A stretch of 64,000 nucleotides of DNA from Nitrospirota bacterium (GCA_963701855.1 CAVPBK010000012.1:1-64000); one strand, 5' to 3'. Positions 22,960 to 33,817 are shown, numbered from the stretch's first letter. Notes: a model not told the origin generated them from the sequence alone. Made by a program: numbers and translations.

Positions 22960-23659
22960 CGCAGCCTTCCTGGAGCGATCCCTCTGTGCTACGGTGGTGA
23001 TTCAACCACGCCAGGGCGCTTCGGATTCAGCAGTGCGCTGCGTGAGAGGCATGAACAGCGGACTCGGATCTGATCCTGTTTCTTCAGCGCCGAATGAACA
23101 CGTAATGGGCTCAGACGTGACCCCCTCAAATTTCGACAGATCGCATGTTGCGGCATCAACTTGATTTGTTTTGGGACCACAGGAAATTATACGCCGAAGG
23201 ACTTGGTAAGACGAGATGTCCAATGGAGGGATTTCGACTAGAATGTTGGACAGGAGGTGAGCGGGAGGGCTGGCTTGTCCCCGTCGTGGTCTAGCCCGTT
23301 GGATCATCAGCGGTCGGCGAGTCGTCGGACTCACTGGATCAGAGGAGAGGTAAACTAGAATCCGAATGTTATGGGACGGCATGCTCGGTGCCGGCGAAAG
23401 GCGCGAACAGGATCAGGGATGAGCGCCTGTGAGGAGTGTGCGCCAGGGGGAGGCACAAACAAGGAAACGCCTGAGTGGGCAATTGGGCCCTCGTCTTAAA
23501 AGGTCAAATCAACGGTGTTTGGTAAGTGCTCGCTACTGCAATAGTTTCCCCTATATCAGCTGCATTACCGGGCGATTAGCACGTTCCATAGGTTCTAGGT
23601 CCTCCCGTTTCTTCATTTCCGTTCCCGCCTAGTCTTGTCACAAAATTCGCCACAGCGGC

Positions 23660-23681
23660 TGGTGTCCCCAACGGGATTTGA
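23660..23681 (-). repeat. tRNA(Glu)-like 3'-end fragment (att-like)
   Basis: Minus strand TCAAATCCCGTTGGGGACACCA ends in CCA; 17 nt identical to 55238-55254. Confidence 0.6.
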
Positions 23682-23770
23682 TGGGCTTTGCCCAGATGCG
23701 CTGCATTCTTGGGAAATCCCCTTCCACGGGATAGTGGCGGCCGCATGACCACGGCGCTCGCCTCAGTCCT

Positions 23771-23796
23771 GTGGCCTAACAACTGGGGGCTAGTCA
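23771..23796. repeat. IS3-type terminal remnant, inverted relative to 11319/12506
   Basis: Reverse complement TGACTAGCCCCCAGTTGTTAGGCCAC. Confidence 0.65.
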
Positions 23797-23872
23797 GAGG
23801 CACTACCATTAGCAACGGGGCTTTAGTAAAATAATTGTGACAATAGTACAACCTCTAACCGAGGAGGCTGCC

Positions 23873-24457
23873 ATGGTATCCTTCTCTAAAATTATCAGTG
23901 TCGTCGCGTGTAGTGTCGTGCTGGGCGTCGGTGTCTTCGGTGCCACCCAGGCAATAGGGAGCACGGGACATAACCCTTGCGCTGATAGGAAGGGCGGACT
24001 TCCCAACCTCGTGATGTGCGACACCGCCAAGAGCGGAATGCACTCCAGTCCCATGCAGGCAACAGCGAATATGAGACATGACCCCTGTGCTGATAGGAAG
24101 GGCGGACTTCCCAACCTCGTGATGTGCGACACCGCCAAGAGCGGAATGCACTCCAGTCCCATGCAGGCAACAGCGAATATGAGGCATGACCCCTGTGCTG
24201 ATAGGAAAGGTGGACAGCCCAATCTCGTGGCCTGCAGTGAAGAATTACGGCAGGGTATCGAGACGATCAAGGGTGAAGTGCTACGCGTTGAGGGCGCGAA
24301 CTATGTCGTCGAGCGGTTCGACGGGAAGGAGTTGGAGTTGCATATCGATAAAGCCACCAAGCTGGGTGGCACAATCAGCCAGGGTGATCGTATCGAGGCG
24401 AAAGTAGGCGAAGTCAATAATCAGATACACGTACTGTCTCTTCGCCGTCTTGAATAG
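23873..24457 (+). CDS. Exported protein with 36-aa Cys-loop repeats and a small OB-like domain
   Basis: Signal peptide; repeats; TIKGEVLRVEG...GDRIEAKV domain shared with 32583, 45477 and 45914. Confidence 0.8.
   Translation: MVSFSKIISVVACSVVLGVGVFGATQAIGSTGHNPCADRKGGLPNLVMCDTAKSGMHSSPMQATANMRHDPCADRKGGLPNLVMCDTAKSGMHSSPMQATANMRHDPCADRKGGQPNLVACSEELRQGIETIKGEVLRVEGANYVVERFDGKELELHIDKATKLGGTISQGDRIEAKVGEVNNQIHVLSLRRLE
23969..24237 (+). repeat. 108-bp tandem repeat, about 2.5 units, in frame
   Basis: GCTGATAGGAA recurs at 23981, 24089 and 24197. Confidence 0.95.
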
Positions 24458-24714
24458 TGAAACTCGGTGCAGCGGGTACGAGGAAGCTAGGCCGTTAGGA
24501 TCGGCACGGAATGCGCTGGAGCATCCCACCAGGCCGCTCCCCTTGGGGGCGGCCTGGGTTAGTTTCTTTAGTGCTTCAAGGCGCGACAAGCACCGATCGA
24601 CACGCTCGAACCCCCCATAAAGAGATGACCAAGGAGGATCGGTGTTGGCCTAATTAGTGTGGCTCGTAGGAGAAGGTGGCATTGATCACCAAGTTCAATC
24701 GAATCCTATCTACA

Positions 24715-24885
24715 GCGACCAGATCGATCGTCGGTCACAAGTCCGAGAAGATGTGGAAGCGCTACAACGCCATCGAGGAAAGCGACTTGGTGAATGCAGC
24801 GAGCAAGCTCAATACCTACCTTCAAACTAACACGGTATTAACACCTGCCCTTACCGCTCAGATAGCTGGCTCTATAACCGCTTGA
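24715..24885 (+). pseudogene. Tyrosine integrase C-terminal remnant
   Basis: IVGHKSEKMWKRYN resembles the LGH...RY box II. Confidence 0.7.
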
Positions 24886-24890
24886 AAAAT

Positions 24891-24936
24891 TGATGCCCCC
24901 GATACGAATTGAACGTACGACAAACGGTTTGGGAAC
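24891..24936 (-). pseudogene. Degenerate tRNA 3'-half (Arg-like; att-like)
   Basis: Minus strand T-arm GTACG-TTCAATT-CGTAT followed by CGGGGGCATCA (CCA decayed); directly after the integrase relic. Confidence 0.55.
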
Positions 24937-24981
24937 ACGAACTCGGTAAAAACGCTGAAGTATAGCAGGATACACCAGGAC

Positions 24982-25326
24982 TTGATCCATGAGCTTGAGC
25001 AATTGGCGGGGATAGATCAGATTACATCCATCGACGAAGCCCGGCTCAAACGTGAACTGAAAGCTCGGTTTGGCGACATTAAATCCATGCTGGGGTGTCA
25101 TGTCTCATCGGCCAGACAATTGCTGCGCGTGCTGATGGAACATCCGTTGCGCTGCGAGGCGGTGCAAGAAGGAGATAGAAAGGAATATCGCGTGACCGGA
25201 ACCGGCAGCTATTTACCGCTATTGCCAGAAGTGTTGGCGCCGCTCAATTCTCCACAGAAAAGCCGCTCCGTTGTATGTGGTGTCCCATATCAACATGAGT
25301 TGGAACCAATTACTCCAGTGGCTTAG
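24982..25326 (+). pseudogene. Probable large serine recombinase C-terminal remnant
   Basis: ARQLLRVLM...EYRVTGTGS parallels TRQILRKLL...YEFKGTAS at 55100-55200; ends with TGGTGTCCC. Confidence 0.55.
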
Positions 25327-25503
25327 AAAGGTGGATTCGCTAAAGTCTAGCCATCATAAATGGGAAATAGAGTGCCCACCTAGTGCATTGCAAGCGATTT
25401 CTACTATCTAAAGATCATCCCACCAATGCTTGGAACCAGGGCATAGAGAAGCCCAGAAGCTTAGCTGGGTCGGCTGATTATGTCCTGCATGAACTCCCCT
25501 CGG

Positions 25504-26019
25504 TTACTTCACATTCATCTCGCAGCGAGCTTCCATCGACTTGGCGATAGCCCCGCCTCTATCAGGAGAAACTCCATCCGTATGTTCAGTCATTAGCAAG
25601 CGGCTCGTTTTAGGAAAGATGGAGTATACCCAGACTTCGAATCGATGAGTGACTAGGAATGTGTGCATTTCATCCGACGAGTAGACACGTACCGCTCTTT
25701 CATACTGAGGGGGGCCGCCGGCAGCTCCTTGCATTACTACTTGTGCTTCGTTCTTTTTGATCTCCCAGATGAGCGTAATCTGCCCACCAGATATACTCTC
25801 TGGCTCATCTACCATTTTATTGCCGCCCCTGATTCCCTCAATTCCAATGACTCTGCCTTTTGGCTCCTTGCATACAGCAGTGAGTGTCTCGGCACCGGCC
25901 AATGACCATAAAGGAAACAGGAAGATTAGGCAGAGAACCCCTCCTGTGAGTTGACCAGCGTAGTATCTAACGGAGCACTGCACAGGGAAGCGACGGTAGG
26001 AACGAATCGTGAAGGACAT
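25504..26019 (-). CDS. Chimeric exported protein: conserved leader fused to an unrelated secreted domain
   Basis: MSFTIRSYRRFPVQCSVRYYAG leader, then signal-like segment and a novel domain. Confidence 0.7.
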   Translation of the reverse strand: MSFTIRSYRRFPVQCSVRYYAGQLTGGVLCLIFLFPLWSLAGAETLTAVCKEPKGRVIGIEGIRGGNKMVDEPESISGGQITLIWEIKKNEAQVVMQGAAGGPPQYERAVRVYSSDEMHTFLVTHRFEVWVYSIFPKTSRLLMTEHTDGVSPDRGGAIAKSMEARCEMNVK

Positions 26020-26069
26020 GTGAGCCTCCCGGGGAGGATCATTCTAGTAGGGAGACGAATCAAGCGCAA
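26017..26069 (-). promoter_or_regulatory. Repeated promoter module (copy 4)
   Basis: TTGCGC-17nt-TAGAAT, GGAGG, ATG. Confidence 0.75.
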
Positions 26070-26596
26070 GGCCACTGGCGAGGCTTAGCCGCCGTCGATG
26101 CTGCTACCAAAGCTTGACAGGTCAATGTTCTGGCGTGGTTGCATCTCAGCTAAACGCCAATCTGCTTCAAAATAGCTCCGCCCTTTGGAGTCAGTCCGTT
26201 TTGAACGAGGTCTGGGAGTGACGCACAATGATAACCGAAAATGCCATTCCAAATTTCCCTTCCCTTAGGTACTGGCTTACTGCCTGCGAAACTATTCAAT
26301 GGCAGTGCTGTCCCAACGTTGAAGAAAGCAGCAATTTGCATCTCATAAGTGATTGATTCGACTACGTACACATTTCGGTGCGTGATTGAAGTCGGCACCA
26401 GGTTCAGAAGCTGTGAACAACAAGCCAGTTAACGTGTTCCGTCTATTGATGACACGAACGTTGGGACACTACTGGTTTTGCGTTTATCATCATCAGTTCC
26501 TCCTCGTGCTTCCCACGCTATCGTGAATGCCCCTCACGGCAAATACCTTGTCCGGCACAAGCATGATGATTTTTGAATAGTCATGTCAGGCATCCT

Positions 26597-27034
26597 TCAG
26601 CCTGAAGCTATCGAGGCTCTCAGATGAAACGTCCCCCCATTGTGAGTAGGGGCATGATCGGATCCGATGCGGCGATACCACCAGCGTCCCTCCCCCTCTG
26701 AGAAATCTGGCACAAACTCAACCATAAAACCGCCATCTCGGTCATTCTCCTCCTGAAACCACATGCCGTTCCAAGTATGATCGATGAGCCGCTGTGTCTC
26801 GAATCGCCCGTTTTTCCACTCATAGTGACCGTTCCCGTGTTCGTCGAGGGTTAACAGCACAGCCGCGCCTGTGCTATCGATATATTCCCATTCGCCCGCG
26901 AGGATACGGCGGTCACCGGCCTGTGATGCGATCGGTGGAGATGGGGAGTCGATGGAAGCAGCCCGATGGACACAAGACGCAGATAGCACATCGCTCGCGA
27001 TCAGGATCATGATAGTAATGTATCGTCGGATCAT
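26597..27034 (-). CDS. Hypothetical lipoprotein (beta-barrel-like)
   Basis: GGAGG RBS, SASC lipobox-like, LAGEWEY...GEGRWWY. Confidence 0.65.
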   Translation of the reverse strand: MIRRYITIMILIASDVLSASCVHRAASIDSPSPPIASQAGDRRILAGEWEYIDSTGAAVLLTLDEHGNGHYEWKNGRFETQRLIDHTWNGMWFQEENDRDGGFMVEFVPDFSEGEGRWWYRRIGSDHAPTHNGGTFHLRASIASG

Positions 27035-27115
27035 CAAGACCTCCCAACTCGTTTCCAAGCCAATGCGATTCAGGACCGGGGCCCCAGTGTCGGGCGACCC
27101 TCGCGAGCACACGCG

Positions 27116-27754
27116 CTAAAGGGCGCTGCTCCGCAGATCACGAACCGGGGATACATCGTGGGTTCCCGGTTCGACAATGAGCTTCGGCTCGTTGTCATGG
27201 CCGGGTACGGTATTTGTGTTTACCTCGTCATCTGGATTTTCAATCGTCACAATCTGCAGCGTGACCCTCAGTGGGTACCCTGCCAGAGGATGGTTGAGAT
27301 CAATCAACGTTTTCTCCGGCAAGATCCATATGACCCTGGCCCGCCTGCCTGCGTTATCCATGACGGTGTCGCCTTCCTGGGCTTCTAGCGGCAAATCGCC
27401 TGTTGGAATAATTTGCAGTTTTGTCTCATCGCGAGGGCCAAACCCTTCTTCCGCCGACAGGGGAAACGTTTTGCTCTCTCCGGGCTGCATACCTACCGTC
27501 TGCTGCTCAAGTCCAGGCGGGATAAGATGCTGTCCTTGGATGAACTCCTCGATATCGGTGTAGGTCATGGTGGGGTTATCCTGCAGGGTGATTTGAAACC
27601 GCGCTGTCACCTTCATTCCGTCCCGCACTGCCACGTCATTACTCTCCACGAGACTCGGTAATGGCTGGAGAAGATTCCCATGCCCCTCCAGGAGCATGGC
27701 AAAGCCAATCGCACTTATGCCGATCGCACTCATGAGGTACCGTAGGGTAGTCAT
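27116..27754 (-). CDS. FKBP-type peptidyl-prolyl isomerase (SlyD-like) with N-terminal anchor
   Basis: GMQPGESKTFPLSAEEGFG, IDLNHPLAG. Confidence 0.9.
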   Translation of the reverse strand: MTTLRYLMSAIGISAIGFAMLLEGHGNLLQPLPSLVESNDVAVRDGMKVTARFQITLQDNPTMTYTDIEEFIQGQHLIPPGLEQQTVGMQPGESKTFPLSAEEGFGPRDETKLQIIPTGDLPLEAQEGDTVMDNAGRRARVIWILPEKTLIDLNHPLAGYPLRVTLQIVTIENPDDEVNTNTVPGHDNEPKLIVEPGTHDVSPVRDLRSSAL

Positions 27755-28525
27755 ACAATGGTTCCCCCTATCTATCCGAATAGGTAAAACTGCATCGTGT
27801 AATAATGGGATGAGATCCTCCGCAAATTGCCTGCCACCGACTTGCGCTGCAGGCGCACTCAAGAATATTTGCAAACTGTCAAGATCTTAGAGCGATTTTC
27901 AGAAACGGATCAGAATGTGACTTGTATCCCCCAGGCGAAACATCTTGTCCGGCCACGGACATTTTATCCATCCGTATGTTGTGCCCCACTGAAATTGTGG
28001 ACAGGCGACTTAGCCAGACGCAGGAAACCCACTCGATTCTTTCAGGACCCATCACGGCAGAAGACAACCGAGAGTCCCCAACCAGAATCACGTGAGTGTG
28101 CCTGTGTCCATGGCGCAGGTTATGAGGACGTGATGCCAGGTAAAAGCGAGCGAAGGCCAGTCGAAACACAGGGGTACAAAACAAGATGAGCGCGATGAGG
28201 CCGGGGGAATCTCGGTTGGATTACATGCTCCGCATCATGCGCGACCCGAAACTGGAGCGCTCAGTACGGATAGCCATGGCGAAGGCCGCACTGCCCTTGC
28301 CAGCCGTGAGGATTCCATGGGGTGAAATATGACAGCAAAGGCTTGCGTCCAAAAGCATCGTGCCAAACTGAAGACAGAGCTATGTGGAAGGCTGGAGGTC
28401 TGTGTCGGTCTCGACGTGATTGAAGGCGTGCGAACACTCGCCAGGCGAAAGAACGTCTCGACGTGGCTTGAGGATGCGCTCAAAGCGCACTGTTTGGAAA
28501 AAACTCCCTAGATAGGATTTATTTT

Positions 28526-28690
28526 CTACCGATATCCTGGCTCAGTTGAAGGACGAATTGGACCTCGCCAACGGTCCCTGAGTTTTGCCCCTAGTCGATC
28601 AATGTTTATCCACAAGACCTTCACAGGCCCATTGGTCATCAGAACTTCCCCCAAGATCCACCGAGAAGAGTCCTCATCCTGAAACCAAGC
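28526..28690 (-). pseudogene. Remnant of small 'YWF...WRGPI' family
   Basis: WFQDE...WRGPIRPSTEPG aligns with 51044-51292. Confidence 0.5.
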
Positions 28691-28707
28691 AGGAAACATC
28701 TGTCGGC

Positions 28708-29072
28708 TCATGTTGTGCCCGGTTTGGGCTTGAAAAAGTACAGCTGAGTGTTCTGACCGACTATCGACAGAGGGCCGAGAATTCTCTCCAGGTTCACCCT
28801 TGCAGTGGCCAGCACGTCATCATAGGTGAGAATGCGGAGTTTCGGCTGCGCATTCTGAATGCTGACGATCGAGCGCCGATTCTCGTCAGTCAGACTACTT
28901 GACCGCCCGATAACTACAAGTCTGCGAGGATTTGTGGAGATTCCGGTCAGGCCAAGCGTAGACTCAACCAGATCCTTGTTGTTCTCTATGAACTCCACCC
29001 AATCTGAAATCTGCTTGATTGCATGGGTGACTTCTTGGCGTTGCTGACCATCCTTACGAAAGAGCTCATGAA
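28708..29072 (-). pseudogene. Shedu/DUF4263-like nuclease C-terminal remnant truncated by IS3
   Basis: AIKQISDW...PRRLVVIGRS...LRILTYDDVL. Confidence 0.65.
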
Positions 29073-29074
29073 TC

Positions 29075-30254
29075 TGACCGGCCCCCCTTAACCGGATCCG
29101 ACCTGTATGTTAGGGTCGGGCCGAAAGGAGGACCGTATACCCCGCAATCGTCGCACCGTCGAGCAGATCATTACCAAGCTGCGTGAAGCCGAAGTGGCCC
29201 TAAGCAAAGGACAGCCCTCGCGCAGGCCTGCCTCACACTGGGGATTACCGAACAGACGTACTACCGTTGGCGAAATGAATATGGCGGGCTCAAGATCGAT
29301 CAAGCCAAGCGATTCAAAGAGCTGGAGCGTGAGAACACGCGACTGAAACGCGCCGTCGCCGAGCTCACTCTGGATAAGTTGATCTTGGAGGAAGCTGCAG
29401 AGTAAAACTTCTAAGCCCAGCGCGCCGCCGACAGACTGTGACGCACTGCTGCGACACGCTGGGCATCCCAGAACGCCGGGCCTGTCGGGTGCTGGGATAA
29501 CCGCGCTCGACGCAACGGTATCAGCCCGATCCTCCGGACGATGAGGTCTCGTTGACGACGGCGATCATCCGGCTGGCGAACCAATATGGGCGCTATGGGT
29601 ATCGGCGGATCACCGCCTTGCTGCACCACGACGGTTGGCGCGTGAATCATAAACGCGTGGAGCGGATCTGGCGACGGGAAGGACTCAAAGCGCCGCAGCG
29701 CCAACCGCCACGTCGGCATCTCTGGTTGACCGATGGGTCCTGAGTCCGGCTCCGCCCGCAGCAGCCCAATCATGTCTGGGCCTACGACTTCGTGGCGCTA
29801 CGAACGGAGGACGGCTGTCCGGTCAAGCTGCTCACGATTGTGGATGAATACACGCGCGAGTGTCTGGCCATTGAGGTGGCCCGACGGCTGCGCTCGGATG
29901 ACGGTCTCTTCTGCTTGGCGGAGTTGTTTGTGCCCCGCGGGGTACCTACACATATTCGCAGCGACAGTGGCTCCAGCACGTGGGGGTCCAAACGTTGTTC
30001 ATTGAGCCCGGCAGCCCGTGGGAGAATGGCTACGTCGAGAGTGTTAACGGGACGCTACGCGATGAACTGTTGAATCGGGGACCGTTTGCTACACTATGGG
30101 AGGTGCAAGTACTCGTGGAACGTTGGCGACGACACTGCAACCAGATTCGTCCCCATCGGGCCCTGGGGTTGCGGCCACCCGCTCCTGAAACGATTGCGCC
30201 CCAGCACTGTGCGTAAGTAACATTCACCCTGGTACAACCACGGGGGGCCGGTCA
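29075..30254 (+). mobile_element. IS3-family element, degenerate
   Basis: Perfect 13-bp IRs TGACCGGCCCCCC; orfA EQIITKLREAEV; orfB YGYRRI, WAYDF, IRSDSG, PGSPWENGYVES with stops and frameshifts. Confidence 0.92.
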
Positions 30255-30405
30255 CAGAACAAGTTGGACACTCGCATCGGGTAGACTCCAAGGAATGCTA
30301 TGTTGGACATTCTGAAGTTTGGGAATTAGTAACCGACAAAGCGTGGGGAATAGTGTTTTTGGAACCTTCCTTGGTATAAGGCATGTCTTCTGATAGGGAA
30401 GAACC

Positions 30406-30933
30406 GTGATGTTTCGATATTGCGTGCCGATAATGGTTGTCTTGATCTCCCTGTCCTATGGCTGTAGTAGTCCACCAATTACACAGGAGAAAACCATTCA
30501 GGAGCTTACTGCAGAAGTGCGCAATCCCAGTATTCAGTTTAATGATGCAAGATTTCATCATTTGAACCAACAATCGCTAGTTTCTATCCGATATAGAAAT
30601 GCTGGTCCGGGTCACGCCTATCGTGTGGTAACCAACGTTAAAGTTTTTCTGGATACCCGCAAAGTGCCGATAGAGGAAGATTCTATCGGGCTTGAGTCCA
30701 TACTTGCTCCGAATGCCGGTCGAGAATTGCGTGGTATCCTTCCCAACACATTTTTTGAGACCGTGATTAATGGCACGGCGAAAGTAACCATGGAATATAC
30801 AGTGTCATATCAGAATGAGCAGGGCAAAGAGTTTGTGGCTTTTTCAATCTGGCAGTTCAGTAAGACGACGATGGAGCCATTTCTCCGAGAGGATCAACTC
30901 AATTTACCTGTTCATCCGCCCCCCAAGCCATAA
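30406..30933 (+). CDS. Hypothetical lipoprotein
   Basis: SYGC lipobox; lower GC. Confidence 0.6.
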   Translation: MMFRYCVPIMVVLISLSYGCSSPPITQEKTIQELTAEVRNPSIQFNDARFHHLNQQSLVSIRYRNAGPGHAYRVVTNVKVFLDTRKVPIEEDSIGLESILAPNAGRELRGILPNTFFETVINGTAKVTMEYTVSYQNEQGKEFVAFSIWQFSKTTMEPFLREDQLNLPVHPPPKP

Positions 30934-31004
30934 TGGCTGATGCGGTCCCTCACTAGAACTTGCGGGCATTACCATCCCAATTGCATTGCTCACGGCTGCA
31001 CATG

Positions 31005-31128
31005 AACCGGATCAGCCCACAACCCTTTCCTCGCCTCTCGTGCTTCCGTCTCTAGCCCTTCCAGCACCATATTCCCCGACGCATACTTCCGATACCACCA
31101 GCCCCACCCCTGCTTGACGAGTTCCTGA
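31005..31128 (-). pseudogene. Thermonuclease 3' remnant
   Basis: QELVKQGWGWWYRKYASGNMVLEGLETEAREARKGLWADP. Confidence 0.9.
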
Positions 31129-31163
31129 TGGGTCCAAAAGGGTTGTGAAATCAGATCTAGTCA

Positions 31164-31826
31164 ATGTATCCAGCAGGGAATAAAATCCTCGCTATGCACA
31201 TTGATCACCGCACTCCTCGGCCGATCTTCGCACCTATCTTGATTGTGTGGACCATGATTCTCTTGCAGGGGTGCATCTCCAAACTTCCGTCGATCCCTAT
31301 CCACTACCCCATCACGTCAGGATCACACGAGGCGCTCCCCTCGTCCCGAGACGTGATTCTCGTCTGGGGAGAGGAACCGCTGACTGATTTGGCCGTGGAG
31401 TGGCTTATCGCCCATCATTACGCTGCCATCGTCAGGCCAAAGACCGAACTCTCCCAAGCTAAGGAACAATCACACACGTTTTCAGATCGGACGCTCGCGC
31501 TGTCGGTGGCGCAGAACGTGGAGGCTGACTTTGTGCTATTTCTGGATCGTGAGGAGAGCAAGCACGGGGTGTTAGTCGAGCCACGATGTGACGATCAGTT
31601 CTACGTCGATGTGGCCGTGCGTGGGGTATCAGTGCCGACCGGCGCAGTGGTGTGGCGTGGGAATGCCCATTACCCCCATTGTGTGGATCTCAGCAGACGC
31701 ACGTTTCAAAGCCTCACCTGCCAGGCCCTCGCCACCGCGTGGGGCCTGCGTCCGTCTGGCCAGCTAGAGATCCCGTCGAGCCTGATGTGTACGGCTGGCC
31801 AAACTGAGCCAGGATTTCTTCGCTGA
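31164..31826 (+). CDS. Hypothetical lipoprotein
   Basis: LQGC lipobox; TGAVVWRG motif typical of CsgG/LpoB-like folds. Confidence 0.65.
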   Translation: MYPAGNKILAMHIDHRTPRPIFAPILIVWTMILLQGCISKLPSIPIHYPITSGSHEALPSSRDVILVWGEEPLTDLAVEWLIAHHYAAIVRPKTELSQAKEQSHTFSDRTLALSVAQNVEADFVLFLDREESKHGVLVEPRCDDQFYVDVAVRGVSVPTGAVVWRGNAHYPHCVDLSRRTFQSLTCQALATAWGLRPSGQLEIPSSLMCTAGQTEPGFLR

Positions 31827-31882
31827 CACTGGTAACGTTCGTTCGGAGCCAGCTTGAGCAGTGGCTGATAAATCTGCCTATG

Positions 31883-32042
31883 GCTGGCGGTAGTCAGTAA
31901 GGTTCACACGCCTTGGATCACGGTGGGTGTGATCCGGGTGAGCCCAACTGACCAGTTAAGATTGAAACGATTTATCCAGACCCCAGCAGCCTTACACATT
32001 AATAAACCTACTCTCATCGACCAACTTCTCATTCGGGCATAG
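31883..32042 (+). pseudogene. 3' fragment of the PilZ-like gene at 44050-44436
   Basis: Close nucleotide match to 44277-44436. Confidence 0.85.
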
Positions 32043-32104
32043 TTCGTCGATTGTTGTGTGGGGTAAAGGAAGGAGCCGGCCCGTCACGTCTCGCTCATCT
32101 ACGC

Positions 32105-32190
32105 CCCTTCCGCCACTCCCACGGCGGCACCGGCTGCGGATTAGCCCACAATCCCTAGTTCGTCTCTCGCGCTTCCTTCTCCAGCTTCTC
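32105..32190 (-). pseudogene. Thermonuclease 3' remnant
   Basis: EKLEKEARETN*GLWANPQPVPPWEWRKG. Confidence 0.88.
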
Positions 32191-32582
32191 AAGTACCGCT
32201 GGGGAACCGTTGCCGCTCGGCAGTCAATGCATCTAATTGTGGACGGTTAGCGTGGTCAGTTGGATGCAGAAATCCCACTAAATCTATTCCAAACCCATCG
32301 TCGCAGAAGACAGCCCGACGCAGATCTGCACCCCGTCTGCTATCGCGCCTACTCGCGAGCTTAGCGCACGACGGTTCGCGTCTATCAACTGGTGCGCCGG
32401 GATTGGTTGGGAAAATTCGGAACTCTTTGGCGAAAACTTCCAGATATGAAATCCTCACTATCCTACCCCCAAGCGCACCGACTTATCAGGGTTGTAAGCG
32501 CGAGTTGAACGCCATCACTCGATGTGCCAAGCAACGGTCTGCCCGTCATCGTATCCCTGAAAGTCGGTGCCCACTGGTCTCC

Positions 32583-32987
32583 TCAGTGTTTAGCCAACCT
32601 GCTATCCTGCGTTTCCGTTTCTTTATTGTTGATATCGTGAATGGCCAGCACGCTTGTCACACCACCGTTCGCTTTACCGAGTTTCGCCTCAATCCAATCT
32701 CCTGGCTCGAATACGTGGCCGTTTCTCAGGGCTGCGGTGACTGGCAACTGCACTTCCTGCCCATTAAAGCGCTCAACGACAAGCGTATCGCCGTCCACGC
32801 GCAGGACCTCGCCCTTGATGGTTTGAATGCCCTGCCGTTCTTCTTGACTACACTGCAGGAGATTCGGGAGACCACCTTTTCGACTGGCACAAGGGTCAAG
32901 GCGAAATGCCTGCGATGCATCGGCCAGACTCAGGCACAGCACAACACCGCATGAGAGGACACCGATGATTTTTGGAAGGGATACCAT
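32583..32987 (-). CDS. Exported OB-like protein with a single Cys loop
   Basis: DPCASRKGGLPNLLQC + TIKGEVLRVDG; paralogue of 23873. Confidence 0.8.
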   Translation of the reverse strand: MVSLPKIIGVLSCGVVLCLSLADASQAFRLDPCASRKGGLPNLLQCSQEERQGIQTIKGEVLRVDGDTLVVERFNGQEVQLPVTAALRNGHVFEPGDWIEAKLGKANGGVTSVLAIHDINNKETETQDSRLAKH

Positions 32988-33080
32988 GACAACCTCCTTG
33001 TTAATGATTGGTAGTTCGAAACCCGTGTCTTCCAACCCCCTGAGTTCGCCAGGGAGTCATATGACCTTTCATCTATACGT

Positions 33081-33593
33081 TTACACAACGGGTACATGAA
33101 TGAGTATCAGGGGATTTCTGAGAGTTCCTGGAAAAATACCTGAGCAGGCCTGTGGGAGAAGTGGATGCTCACGATAGGCAAACGGTACAAACACCGTAAA
33201 GGACAGCGCTGAAGCTCCGACAACCAGCGCGGCGAGATGCCGCACCCCTGGAATAAAGTATGCCACCAGCAGGGAATATTTGCCCCAATGGAGAACCCAG
33301 CGCTGTGCCTGGGCGAGGTGGTCAGGGCGAAGGTGAAGGTAGGGCCTCCACTTCGAGACAACTTGTACCCCAACAACACGTCCGAGGACATAGCTCAACG
33401 TAATCCCGCTGGCACTCCCCAGGAAGGCTGTGGCCAGCGCGGGCACGATGTGCAGTTTTTCTTTGAAACACAGATAGCCGACAAACGTCAGTAGCGTTTC
33501 GTCGGGTACTGGGAGTCCCACAATGCCCAGCACCAGTAAGACAAAGAGCATCTCATAGCCATATTGCGCAATCCAATCGATGCCAGTTTCCAT
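33081..33593 (-). CDS. DedA-family membrane protein, probably C-terminally truncated
   Basis: GLPVPDETLL, YFIPGVRH; the last ~30 aa are not DedA-like. Confidence 0.8.
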   Translation of the reverse strand: METGIDWIAQYGYEMLFVLLVLGIVGLPVPDETLLTFVGYLCFKEKLHIVPALATAFLGSASGITLSYVLGRVVGVQVVSKWRPYLHLRPDHLAQAQRWVLHWGKYSLLVAYFIPGVRHLAALVVGASALSFTVFVPFAYREHPLLPQACSGIFPGTLRNPLILIHVPVV

Positions 33594-33675
33594 CTTGACA
33601 TGATCCCCATCAAGAAATTGATGGTCTCGACATTTCTTCCGTCGTCATTGGTGTTGACGCTAGGAGGAACAGATC

Positions 33676-33817
33676 TTAGTTACGACTGAGCTTGCGAAAT
33701 GCCCAGGGCGGGATCGGATCGGGGTCACCCACCAACCCACGTCTCGCTGCCCTTGGTTTGGCCTCCAACTTCTCCAGCATGGTATCTCCCGGCACATACT
33801 TCCAATACCACCAGCAC
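33676..33817 (-). pseudogene. Thermonuclease 3' remnant
   Basis: CWWYWKYVPGDTMLEKLEAKPRAARRGLVGDPDPIPPWAFRK. Confidence 0.88.

Noticed and set aside
23969..24237. 108-bp repeat as CRISPR
   Set aside because: Units are contiguous and near-identical with no unique spacers, and in frame within a CDS
24891..24936. Functional tRNA gene
   Set aside because: Only a decayed 3' half; no D-arm or 5' acceptor strand
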